A stretch of 32,000 bases of DNA from Aliivibrio fischeri ES114. GTDB taxonomy: Bacteria; Pseudomonadota; Gammaproteobacteria; Enterobacterales; Vibrionaceae. This document shows, one piece after another, positions 17,993-26,864 of the stretch (positions are counted from its first letter, which is position 1; every line of letters begins with the position of its first letter). Under the pieces are notes generated by a model, which saw only the letters and a program-made list of their open reading frames with translations, had not been told where the DNA came from and ran no database searches. Location of the stretch: assembly GCF_000011805.1 (NCBI RefSeq), contig NC_006841.2; one strand, written 5' to 3'. A program made the translations under genes and the position numbers.

Positions 17993-18519
17993 GAAGAGAT
18001 TCCTAAATCCATTTATTCATATTAACTATCTCCATCCAAGATCATAGTTATCTACGCAATAAATTTATCACACCCTTAACATTTCATCCACAAAGTAACA
18101 TCATCAAAAACTAGATAACTAACGTATGTTATCGGTCTTTTTTTCATGATTTCTTAATTTTACGCCCGAGCTCACAAATGTGATATTTATTCCAAAATAA
18201 GTGTAAGATTATTTAACAGAGGAACTTACCTCTCTCTTTTTTAAGACAAAGAAGTTAAAAATCTCAGTTATGTGCCTAATAAAATTTGCTTTTTTATTCT
18301 GTTTTTATCGAAACCTTCAACTTTATTTTATTTTATTTGTGCAAAAATGTTACTAATTATATTTCAACAAGTTATTTTTTGCTTTTCAAGTCAACATAAC
18401 GTAGCATTTCTAACAAATAGTACACATAATAAGTACAGAGTAATGACATTATGTTATTATTAACTCATTGATAAAATTGTTAATACCTTCTTCATTTATG
18501 GTTTAAAGATACGATTATT

Positions 18520-18524
18520 AGGAG
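18520..18524 (+). promoter_or_regulatory. Shine-Dalgarno sequence for the TolC/LapE-like gene with TTG start
   Basis: AGGAG at 18520-18524, 7 nt before TTG at 18532. Confidence 0.65.
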
Positions 18525-18531
18525 AAACACT

Positions 18532-19848
18532 TTGAAATGGATAAAACTCGCAACATGCAGCAGTTTGCTTGTTTTGAGCGTATCTTCACAAGCTCAAACT
18601 TTAGAGCAAGCAATATCTCAAACCTTAACGACGAATCCTGAGGTAAAGAAAGCTTATAACTCTTATATGAGCTTTGTTGAGGATAGTAATAGTGTTGATG
18701 GTAATTATTTACCTTCTATAGATCTTGATGCTGGTATTGGATATGAACAAATCAACCCAGCAAGCGGAAACGACACAAGCTTAACCCGAAAAGATGCAAC
18801 GCTATCTCTAACCCAATTAATCTGGGATGGCTCAAACACGATCAATGATATGGATCGAACGGAAGCTGAAGCTGAATCTGCAAGATTACAACTGCTATCT
18901 TTAGCTGAAAACAAAGCTCTTGATGTGTCACAAGTTTATTTAGATGCGGTTAAAGCAACTGAAATTCTCGCATTATCTGAAAGCAATCTAGCTATTCATA
19001 AGAAAATTTATAAAGACATAAAAAAACGAGCGGCTTCTGGGATAGGCTCAACAGCTGATGTATCTCAAGTTGAAGCTCGTATCGCTAGAGCTCATGGTAA
19101 TTTACTTGCTGCTCAAAATAACCTTTTTGATACTCATACTGTATTTACACAAATTGTAGGCTCTCCTCCTCAAGCTCTTATATACCCAAGAGCAGATGCG
19201 AATACCTTACCTTTAAGTTTACAAGAAGGTATTGATAGAGCATTTAAACATCATCCAGTAATTTTAACTGCTCAATCAGATATTCAAGCAGCTAAATTTC
19301 AATATGCTCAATCAAAAAGTAATAACTATCCAACATTTTCCTTAGAAGCTGCTCAAACATGGCGTGATGACGCGGGAGGCATTGAAGGTAATAGTGACGA
19401 GTTTTCTGCAATGGTTCGCATGCGCTATAACCTATACAATGGCGGCACGGATAGCTCTCTATCTGAAAAAAGCGCATATCAATTAAATATGGCGAAAGAT
19501 TTGCGAGATAGTGCTTATAGAAATGTAGAACAAGGCCTGCGCTTGTCTTGGAGTGCGCTAGATTTAACCTTACAACAAAAAGAATTTTTAGCCGATCACG
19601 TTGATGCAGCGACAGATACCGTCATTGCTTATGAAAAACAATATCGTATAGGTAAACGTACACTACTCGATTTACTCAATACTGAAAATGAACTTTTTGA
19701 AGCAAGAAAATCATATCTTGATGCTCACTATGCAGAACAATTTGCAAAATACAGAGTATTGCACGCAACTGGAACATTATTACCATCACTGTTAATCGAT
19801 ACTCCACAAGAGTGGGACAATAAAAACGAAAAAGAAGAGGAGAAATAA
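18532..19848 (+). CDS. TolC-family type I secretion outer membrane protein, LapE/AggA-like (TTG start)
   Basis: 438 aa; signal peptide MKWIKLATCSSLLVLSVSSQAQ, TLEQAISQTLTTNPEVKKAYNSYMS, YNGGTDSSLSEKSAYQLNMAKDLRDSAYRNVEQGLRLSWSAL, LGKRTLLDLLNTENELFEARKSY type repeat. Confidence 0.9.
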   Translation: MKWIKLATCSSLLVLSVSSQAQTLEQAISQTLTTNPEVKKAYNSYMSFVEDSNSVDGNYLPSIDLDAGIGYEQINPASGNDTSLTRKDATLSLTQLIWDGSNTINDMDRTEAEAESARLQLLSLAENKALDVSQVYLDAVKATEILALSESNLAIHKKIYKDIKKRAASGIGSTADVSQVEARIARAHGNLLAAQNNLFDTHTVFTQIVGSPPQALIYPRADANTLPLSLQEGIDRAFKHHPVILTAQSDIQAAKFQYAQSKSNNYPTFSLEAAQTWRDDAGGIEGNSDEFSAMVRMRYNLYNGGTDSSLSEKSAYQLNMAKDLRDSAYRNVEQGLRLSWSALDLTLQQKEFLADHVDAATDTVIAYEKQYRIGKRTLLDLLNTENELFEARKSYLDAHYAEQFAKYRVLHATGTLLPSLLIDTPQEWDNKNEKEEEK

Positions 19849-19850
19849 TT

Positions 19851-20459
19851 ATGAAGCAATCAATTTACCCTCTAATTATTGCTAGCCTTTTCTTAACAGG
19901 CTGTGTTTCAGGTGATAAAGATTACATTGAAACACCTACATCAGATCAAATCGCAGATTTAAGAGATGATGACAATGATGGTGTAATTAACGCAAGAGAC
20001 ATTTGTCCTGGAACCCCTAGAGGTGCTCAAATTGACAATGATGGCTGCGCAGAATATGTCGAGCATTCAGATAAAAAAGATCTGAAGATCTTGTTTGCAA
20101 ATGACTCATCAGAAATATCCCCAATATTCAAAACTGAAATACGCACCATGGCGGAATTTTTAGAAGAGTACCCTGAAACATCGATTCAACTACAAGGATT
20201 TGCAAGCCAACAAGGTAATGCTGAATATAATATTCGCTTATCAGAATTACGAGCTGCTGCTGTACGTGTCGCTTTAATCGAATATGGCGTTGATCCTCAA
20301 CGTATTGAAACCATAGGCTTTGGTGACACACTATTAACAGCTAAAGGCGACTCAGCTGTTAGCCATGCTCTAAACCGTCGTGTAGTAGCGACAGTAGTTG
20401 GATTTAAGGGTGACGTTGTCAATGAATGGAATATTTTTACATCTCGTAAAAAGAGATAA
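19851..20459 (+). CDS. OmpA-family lipoprotein with thrombospondin type 3-like Ca2+ motif
   Basis: 202 aa; lipobox ASLFLTGC, DDDNDGVINARDICPGTPRGAQIDNDGC, OmpA domain ILFANDSSEISP...IQLQGFASQQGNAEYNIRLSELRAAAVRVALIEYGVDPQRIETIGFGD. Starts 2 nt after the TolC-like stop. Confidence 0.88.
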   Translation: MKQSIYPLIIASLFLTGCVSGDKDYIETPTSDQIADLRDDDNDGVINARDICPGTPRGAQIDNDGCAEYVEHSDKKDLKILFANDSSEISPIFKTEIRTMAEFLEEYPETSIQLQGFASQQGNAEYNIRLSELRAAAVRVALIEYGVDPQRIETIGFGDTLLTAKGDSAVSHALNRRVVATVVGFKGDVVNEWNIFTSRKKR

Positions 20460-20473
20460 CATTATCTAGCCAG

Positions 20474-20510
20474 AAAAAAGCCCCTCAATGACATTCATTA
20501 AGGGGCTTTT
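20474..20510. terminator. Bidirectional intrinsic terminator between convergent ompA-like and lapB-like genes
   Basis: AAAAAGCCCCTCAATGA (20474-20490) / TCATTAAGGGGCTTTTT (20494-20510), one G-U/mismatch. Confidence 0.85.
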
Positions 20511-20530
20511 TATTACAGAATAAAAGAAGT

Positions 20531-22645
20531 TTAACTTACCGCTCTTACCTTTCCTGTTTTCAACTCATTTAATACTTGTTCTTTTGGTCCATCAGTAATT
20601 ATATGACCCTTCTCCATTACTATAAGTCGATCTACAACATCTAACATCGATGTTTTATGAGTAATTAAAACTAACGTTTCAGCAGGCTTTAAGTGTGAAA
20701 GCTGATTCTTAAACAGCATCTCTGTACGATTATCCATGCAGCTTGTTGGCTCATCTAACAACAGTACAGGTGGTCGACCAATTAACGCTCGCGCAATAGC
20801 AACAGACTGACGTTGCCCACCAGATAATAATAAACCACCTTCACCAACTTGACGTTCTAATCCAGCGGGGTCTTGCTGTGTGAAAGCAGTAACACCTGCA
20901 CGATTAGCCGCATCCATCACCTCTGCATCATCAGAGAGCTCGCGTCCAAGTACAATATTCTCTCGGATAGAACCATAAAAGAGTGTTATATCTTGAGGTA
21001 CACAGCCTATATTACGTCTCACATCAACATGGTGTAATTGTGAGATGTCGGTATCATCAATACGAACAGAACCTGCTGTAGGCTTATACAGGCCCATAAT
21101 AAGGCGTTCTAATGTGGTTTTTCCTGATCCAATACGACCAATAATTGCAACTTTCTCACCTGGATTAATCGTTAAGCTAATATCACGTACCGCAGCCACT
21201 TCTGCTTCAGGGTAATTAAAGCTGACTTTATCTAATTCAATTTTGCCTTGTAAAATAGGGCGATGAATATATCGCTTCTCTTCTTCCTGTTCATCAGGCA
21301 TTGCCATTAATTCTTCAATAATCGTCATTGATGATTTTGCTTGATTATAACGACTTGATAGTAGGGATATTTGAACCAAAGGGCCGATAGCTTTACCACT
21401 TAACATTGTTGATGCGATTAGGCCTCCCATGGTTAGATCACCATTAGAAATAAGATAAACACCAACAATAATCATCCCTATGTTTACGGCCTGTTGAACA
21501 AAACCAGCCATATTTTGAATCGAATCAGTAATTCTTCGGCTTTTAATGCTCCAATTAGAAATATGTGTAACCGCTTCTTCCCAACGATACTGGTACTGGC
21601 TTTGTGCATTAAATATCTTTAACGTTTCTAAACCCACTAAACTTTCAATTAAGTTCGCATACTTTTGCGAGGACAAACGAGAACCTTCTTCAATCGTTTT
21701 CTTTAAAGGTCCTTGAATGATAGCGGCATGAATCAACAGCAATGTAATACCGACGACAGGAACTAATACAATAGGTCCTGCAATAAGATAAATAATAAAT
21801 AAGAATAAAAGAGCAAAAGGTAAATCAATCAATGATGCAATCGTTGCAGAAGTAAAGAAATCACGAATAGACTCAAATTCTTGTAAATGCCTTGCAAATG
21901 CACCAACAGAAGCAGGTTTTGCTTCCATTCGAATACCCAGTACTTTTTGAAACAGCTTTGATGAAATTAATACATCTGATTTTTTACCTGCTACATCAAT
22001 AAAGTAGCCTCTTAAGTATTTCAAAATAAAATCAAATACAAAGACCACAAAAATACCAGAAGCCAATACCCATAAAGATTCGAATGCTAAATTAGGTACA
22101 ACTTTATCGTACACCAGACGGGTAAACATAGGTGTAGCGATTGCAAATATATTAATCAAAATAGAAGCAATAAATACATCTCGATAAATATGCTTCGATT
22201 CAAACAAAGTGCTCCAAAACCAATGACCTTCACGCTTTTTTAAAATCTCAGGTGAACGATCGTCATATCTGAACTGTTTTTTTAGTAAGATATACCTACC
22301 AATGTATTGAGCTTCTAAGTCTTCAACGGAAATAGATATAGGTAACATGTCCGAACTTAATGTAATAATTTCAGCTTCTTTTCGCTCAGCATCAAACCCA
22401 ATTAAAACACACGACTCTCCACCCTTTAGCAATAAAACAACAGGTAAAATAAGTTGAGGAATAGAAAGTAACTCACCTTGGTTTTCTTTTGCTACTAAAC
22501 CAGCTCTTTCTGCAGCACGAGAAAACAAAAATGGCGTTAACTTACCATCTTGTAATGGCAATCCATTAATCAATGCTTCTGGTGAATTTATTTGTCCGTA
22601 GTAACGACTAACATAACAAAGTGAATGTAATAATGAATCCTTCAT
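20531..22645 (-). CDS. lapB: Type I secretion system permease/ATPase, LapB-like
   Basis: ABC exporter with N-terminal C39-like domain, TM domain, Walker A IGRIGSGKTT, signature LLLSGGQRQSVAIARAL, Walker B PVLLLDEPT. The start is placed at internal Met19 (MKDSLLHSLCYV) rather than 22699, because that ATG directly follows the lapD-like stop. Confidence 0.88.
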   Translation of the reverse strand: MKDSLLHSLCYVSRYYGQINSPEALINGLPLQDGKLTPFLFSRAAERAGLVAKENQGELLSIPQLILPVVLLLKGGESCVLIGFDAERKEAEIITLSSDMLPISISVEDLEAQYIGRYILLKKQFRYDDRSPEILKKREGHWFWSTLFESKHIYRDVFIASILINIFAIATPMFTRLVYDKVVPNLAFESLWVLASGIFVVFVFDFILKYLRGYFIDVAGKKSDVLISSKLFQKVLGIRMEAKPASVGAFARHLQEFESIRDFFTSATIASLIDLPFALLFLFIIYLIAGPIVLVPVVGITLLLIHAAIIQGPLKKTIEEGSRLSSQKYANLIESLVGLETLKIFNAQSQYQYRWEEAVTHISNWSIKSRRITDSIQNMAGFVQQAVNIGMIIVGVYLISNGDLTMGGLIASTMLSGKAIGPLVQISLLSSRYNQAKSSMTIIEELMAMPDEQEEEKRYIHRPILQGKIELDKVSFNYPEAEVAAVRDISLTINPGEKVAIIGRIGSGKTTLERLIMGLYKPTAGSVRIDDTDISQLHHVDVRRNIGCVPQDITLFYGSIRENIVLGRELSDDAEVMDAANRAGVTAFTQQDPAGLERQVGEGGLLLSGGQRQSVAIARALIGRPPVLLLDEPTSCMDNRTEMLFKNQLSHLKPAETLVLITHKTSMLDVVDRLIVMEKGHIITDGPKEQVLNELKTGKVRAVS

Positions 22646-22646
22646 A

Positions 22647-24572
22647 TTAAATGCCTTCCACTTTTTCATTAATAAAGAAACCTTGGAATACATCAACATT
22701 ATGCTCTGCTAGTAAATCCAATTGTTCTTTGTTTTCAACGCGTGATGCGATTGTTGTAATACCAAGGTTTTGTGCTGTTCTTGATATAGAAGCTAAAATA
22801 TAGCGCTGTTTTTCATCATCTAACTGATGGGTAAAAAGATAATCAAGTTTTACATAATTAGGACGGAATAATTTAATATACTCTAAAGATTCAAAATTAC
22901 GTCCAAAATTATCAACGCCAAATTCAGCACCAGAAGAGCGAATTACATTACATAATAATGCCGTATGATCTTCATTCTCAATGAATGCACTCTCTTGAAT
23001 TTCAAAATGGAATAATGGTGCAATAGATTTATGTTTCTTCAGTGTCGTAGTTAACCAACGAACAAAGCTTGGGTTATCCACACTTCGATTTGATAAGTTA
23101 ATCGCAACAGGTTGTGTTATTTCCCCTGATGAAACTCTTTCTATCATGGTTCTAATAACAAATTGATCAAAGTAAGTCGTTTCATTCAGTTGTTCTAATG
23201 CAAATAAATACTGATTAGCAGAGTAACGTTGCTCATCTTTTTCTATCGCCGAAAAAACTTCTTGATGAAAAACAGTTCCGTTAGGAGTTGTGGCAAGCTG
23301 CAACGTAAATTGGAATAAGTGCTCATTAATAGCTTCATCAACAAACGCTTTCCATTGTTGTTTACCCATCAATTCATGCTCACTTTCATCAGCAATAAAA
23401 CCAAAAGGCATTTGAGGATTTGAATGGGCTAATGTTAATGCATTATCAGCAAGTGATAATATTTCAGTTGTCGTTTTCCTTGTTTCATTAAATACAACGC
23501 CAAGCTCAGCATCAATAGGCGCGGTTGCTGTTGGATCACCTTTAATATCTTGGGTATAAACCACAATATTTTCAGCAGCTAGTTTTAACTCATCTTCTTC
23601 AATATTTGGAAAAATAAAACCAAATTCAGAAGAGTTAATACGAGTCAGAATGACATTAGATGCAGGAAGCGTTGCTTTTAATAAATCAGACAGTTCACGA
23701 ACTAAAGCATCACCAGCTTCATAACCATCTTGCTCATATACTTTATTGATAAAATTTACTTTAAATAAAGCGACACCACCTTTGGAGGACTCAGCTAACC
23801 AATTTGTTAACTGTCCCATAAAGAAGGTTCTATTCCCTAGACCTGAGATAGGATCTAAATACACTTTATCACGTAATTTTTCAGCCTCTTTAGCTTGTGA
23901 CTGAAAACTTTGTGCTATCTGTGCTGACATCGAATTGATCCCATCAATCACAGCTTCAAGATCTTTTGTCTTTGGTTTTGGTAAATTGTTTTCAAAATTA
24001 TTATTAGCTACTTCTTTCATCTTAATAATAATTTGTTGAAGCGGAGACAGTGCACGCTTAACAACAAAAGCAATAGTTACTGTACCAAGGCAAATAACAA
24101 CAAAGAAAGTTATCGCTAACTGTATCAAAGCATTCCAGAGTTGCTGATAAGCGTAACCAGGATGCGTAACAATTTCGACTTCTGCTAACTGCAACCAACC
24201 ACTTGTTATAATACGATTCTCAGAAATAGTTCTAAAAAGGTGTAATTGAGTAAACCACTCTGGAACGGTATCTATTCTAACAGGGTAAACTCGAACAACT
24301 TCCTCATTCGTTGTGAACAATGTTAAACGTACCGCAGAGTAATAACTTCCATCAAATAAAGCATTTATAACGGATTCAGCGGCTACTTTATCTTCATCTT
24401 CCAAATAAGGAGCAAGTGCTAAACCAACCGTATTAATGGTGTTATTCACTTCTGAGCGTTGTTGATTCTCTAAGAAGGTTTGTGTATTTCGAAATTCAAT
24501 GGCAAAAACAGAAATCATCAATATTAAAAAGACAGCTGTCATCCATGCTACTAGTTGTTTATATAATGTCAT
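22647..24572 (-). CDS. lapD: LapD-like inner-membrane c-di-GMP receptor with degenerate GGDEF and EAL domains
   Basis: 641 aa; N-terminal TM, periplasmic segment with WFTQLHLFR..., HAMP-like region (VKRALSPLQQIIIKMKEVANNNF), GGDEF motif replaced by NSSEF, EAL replaced by EVF; adjacent to the lapG-like gene. Confidence 0.88.
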   Translation of the reverse strand: MTLYKQLVAWMTAVFLILMISVFAIEFRNTQTFLENQQRSEVNNTINTVGLALAPYLEDEDKVAAESVINALFDGSYYSAVRLTLFTTNEEVVRVYPVRIDTVPEWFTQLHLFRTISENRIITSGWLQLAEVEIVTHPGYAYQQLWNALIQLAITFFVVICLGTVTIAFVVKRALSPLQQIIIKMKEVANNNFENNLPKPKTKDLEAVIDGINSMSAQIAQSFQSQAKEAEKLRDKVYLDPISGLGNRTFFMGQLTNWLAESSKGGVALFKVNFINKVYEQDGYEAGDALVRELSDLLKATLPASNVILTRINSSEFGFIFPNIEEDELKLAAENIVVYTQDIKGDPTATAPIDAELGVVFNETRKTTTEILSLADNALTLAHSNPQMPFGFIADESEHELMGKQQWKAFVDEAINEHLFQFTLQLATTPNGTVFHQEVFSAIEKDEQRYSANQYLFALEQLNETTYFDQFVIRTMIERVSSGEITQPVAINLSNRSVDNPSFVRWLTTTLKKHKSIAPLFHFEIQESAFIENEDHTALLCNVIRSSGAEFGVDNFGRNFESLEYIKLFRPNYVKLDYLFTHQLDDEKQRYILASISRTAQNLGITTIASRVENKEQLDLLAEHNVDVFQGFFINEKVEGI

Positions 24573-24578
24573 TTCTCA

Positions 24579-25244
24579 CTACTCATCATAATTCAAAATT
24601 GGGTGATTTAATCTCAAGTCATCATTTCGTTTTCGTAAATCATTCCATAGATTTAAACGAGATGACTTCCCAGCTTGCTGGCCATTACCTTTTCCTTTCA
24701 TCAGCCATAGATGTTGACCGTTAAAACTGTATATAGGTAAAAGATCTGTTCGTTCTGTTGCTGGTTTTATTTCTTTATCTATATTATCTAAAATTAAAGG
24801 GACTGATGCTGGTGTTGGATAATAAGCCAGTACCATATGAAACTGATTTAACTCGATTGCCTTAAGGTAAATAAGCCTTAACTTTTTATCTGATACGCCT
24901 AACTCAATCAGAGAAAAATATTTAGCAATGGTAAAGTCTTCACAATCTCCAGCATTTGCTCCAAGAAACTCTAAAGGCGTTGCCCAGTAATCTTTTTTTC
25001 CCCACAGTTTTATATCATCTACAAAATAGAGTTGATTAAAAAACTGATTCACATTATTTAGTTGTTCTCTCTCATTCTTCAAATCAGCTTCGGCTAACAT
25101 ATCCCGCCAAGCTAACACTCTTTTTCCGGCTCTTTCGCCATATTCATCTTGTACTGCTTTGATCCAAATATTTTCTTGTTGTGTTAAAGCAATAGAAGCG
25201 ATAGAGAATATGGCGAATGGTATTCCTAACCATCGACTTCTCAT
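24579..25244 (-). CDS. lapG: LapG-like periplasmic transglutaminase-like cysteine protease
   Basis: 221 aa; putative signal/TM, KDYWATPLEFLGANAGDCEDFTIAKYFSL (Cys), NQFHMVLAYY (His), LILDNID (Asp) catalytic triad pattern of bacterial transglutaminase-like proteases. Confidence 0.9.
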   Translation of the reverse strand: MRSRWLGIPFAIFSIASIALTQQENIWIKAVQDEYGERAGKRVLAWRDMLAEADLKNEREQLNNVNQFFNQLYFVDDIKLWGKKDYWATPLEFLGANAGDCEDFTIAKYFSLIELGVSDKKLRLIYLKAIELNQFHMVLAYYPTPASVPLILDNIDKEIKPATERTDLLPIYSFNGQHLWLMKGKGNGQQAGKSSRLNLWNDLRKRNDDLRLNHPILNYDE

Positions 25245-25267
25245 TGTGAGATGTGCTCCTTTTACTT

Positions 25268-26659
25268 TTACTCTCTTAGTGCAGATCCTTTTGCTTGAAC
25301 GATAGGTTTCACTAAGTAATCTAAAATAGAACGTTTTCCTGTAATAATATCAACCGTGGTTGTCATACCTGGAATAATATTAAATTGTGTTTTTTCTTCT
25401 AAATCTTCTTGTGAAGTCCTAACTCTTACAAGATAAAAACTGTTTCCCTCTTCATCTTGAATAGTATCAGCACTGATATGCTCTAACGTACCTTTCAAAC
25501 CACCATAACGAGTAAAGTCATAAGCACTAAATTTAACAATGGCAGAAAGCCCTGGACGTAGAAAGGCGATATCTTGTGGTGCAATCTTAGCTTCAATTAA
25601 TAACGTATCTTCTGTGGGTACAATTTCAATTAAGTCCATACCAGGTTGAATAACACCACCGACCGTATTTATGTATATTTTTTTTATGGTTCCGGTAACT
25701 GGCGATAACACTACAGTACGGTTTACTCGGTCTTTCAATCCGACCTGTGATTCAGTTAATGCTGATAATTTATCTTGAGTAGTATTTAATTTTTCTTGCT
25801 GTTCAGAGCGAAACTTTAGAGCTGCGTCGATTCTGTTTAAAACAGTTTCTTGAATTGCAGAAGTTAAGACAGGAATTTTTAATTCAGTTGATGTCAACTC
25901 ACGCTTAGTATCGTTAACTTGACGCTGTAATTTTAATAGTTCGATGCGAGGAACAACACCTTCATCTGCTAGTGGTTTTGTTATATCTAACTCTTTTCTT
26001 GCAAGGTTATAACTTGCCTTTAAATTTCGAACCCGCGCTTTTATTTCTACAAGATCTTGTTGCTTTTGACTTACTTGTTGGTCAAAAACAAAAATTCTAT
26101 TTTTAAGGTTATTCATATCAGCTTTATATTCTGCAAGCTGACGACGAGTAACAATAGGGTTTTCTTTTACAAACGCTTCGTCGAATTTTAGTTTATCAGT
26201 ATAAACAATAACAGACTCTTTCCAGCGCTTACGGTTATTTATATCCTGTATAAGAATACTATCCATCGAAGCTGCCAATTGTTGAGCGCTTGCAGTTAAA
26301 TTGATCAGTTGTTTTTTACGTTCTCTAAAATCAGAGCGAAAGCGAGTATCATCAATTAAAAGAAGTTGCTGTCCTTTTTCAACTTGGTCACCTTCTTTAA
26401 CCAACATCTCTTTGACTAGACCACCTTCTAGATTTTGTACAACTTGTAATTGTGAAGAAGGAATGACTTTTCCTTGACCAACAGTAACTTTATCAATTTC
26501 GGCCCAAGAAGCCCAACCAATAGCAATACCAAAGAAAACGACAATTACCCATAAAAGAATTTTTGCATTAGTTGGTGTGTTTAAAAGTAGAGCCGCCGTT
26601 TTGTCATCAACAAAATCCAGCTCATGTTTATCAAGCTTGTTGAATCCTTTCTTACTCAT
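25268..26659 (-). CDS. lapC: HlyD-family T1SS membrane fusion protein, LapC-like
   Basis: 463 aa; KILLWVIVVFFGIAIGWASWAEIDKVTVGQGKVIPSSQLQVVQNLEGGLVKEMLVKEGDQVEKGQ, C-terminal GMTTTVDIITGKRSILDYLVKPI. Confidence 0.93.
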   Translation of the reverse strand: MSKKGFNKLDKHELDFVDDKTAALLLNTPTNAKILLWVIVVFFGIAIGWASWAEIDKVTVGQGKVIPSSQLQVVQNLEGGLVKEMLVKEGDQVEKGQQLLLIDDTRFRSDFRERKKQLINLTASAQQLAASMDSILIQDINNRKRWKESVIVYTDKLKFDEAFVKENPIVTRRQLAEYKADMNNLKNRIFVFDQQVSQKQQDLVEIKARVRNLKASYNLARKELDITKPLADEGVVPRIELLKLQRQVNDTKRELTSTELKIPVLTSAIQETVLNRIDAALKFRSEQQEKLNTTQDKLSALTESQVGLKDRVNRTVVLSPVTGTIKKIYINTVGGVIQPGMDLIEIVPTEDTLLIEAKIAPQDIAFLRPGLSAIVKFSAYDFTRYGGLKGTLEHISADTIQDEEGNSFYLVRVRTSQEDLEEKTQFNIIPGMTTTVDIITGKRSILDYLVKPIVQAKGSALRE

Positions 26660-26794
26660 TTATATATCCCTAATTGTTGTTATTCAGATAACAATCCTAT
26701 TACATTAAGAATATAGTATTTATACGTTAGGAACTACAACAAATCATTGAATATTAGAAGGCTGAATCAAATTTAGGATAACTCTTTAGATGGG

Positions 26795-26809
26795 ATTTAC
26801 AGTGTAAAT
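26795..26809. promoter_or_regulatory. parS2: parS2-type centromere site, copy 1
   Basis: ATTTACAGTGTAAAT matches NTTTACANTGTAAAN, the recalled Vibrio chromosome II ParB2 consensus; ParB2/ParA2-type genes lie in the same window. Confidence 0.88.
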
Positions 26810-26830
26810 TCAATGAATATGAAAATCTTA

Positions 26831-26845
26831 ATTTACACTGTAAAT
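26831..26845. promoter_or_regulatory. parS2: parS2-type centromere site, copy 2 (opposite orientation at the central base)
   Basis: ATTTACACTGTAAAT matches NTTTACANTGTAAAN. Confidence 0.88.
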
Positions 26846-26864
26846 TGATGACTATAGTATTTGA

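Noticed and set aside
17799-18047. Plus-strand ORF of 82 aa overlapping the adhesin 5' end
   Set aside because: Antisense to the well supported retention module; no recognisable domain.
18180-18195. TCACAAATGTGA palindrome considered as a CRP site
   Set aside because: Half-sites are in the wrong order and spacing for the CRP consensus TGTGA-N6-TCACA.
18272-18463. 63-aa plus-strand ORF upstream of the TolC-like gene
   Set aside because: Phe/Leu-rich translation of an AT-rich intergenic region, no clear ribosome binding site or family; probably chance, though a leader peptide cannot be fully excluded.
22646-22699. Upstream 18-codon extension of the lapB-like ORF (start at 22699)
   Set aside because: The extension overlaps the lapD-like coding end; Met19 at 22645 directly follows the lapD stop and starts the conserved KDSLLHSLCYVSRYYG region.
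24482-24724. 80-aa plus-strand ORF overlapping the lapD/lapG-like genes
   Set aside because: Antisense to two strongly supported genes, no family resemblance.
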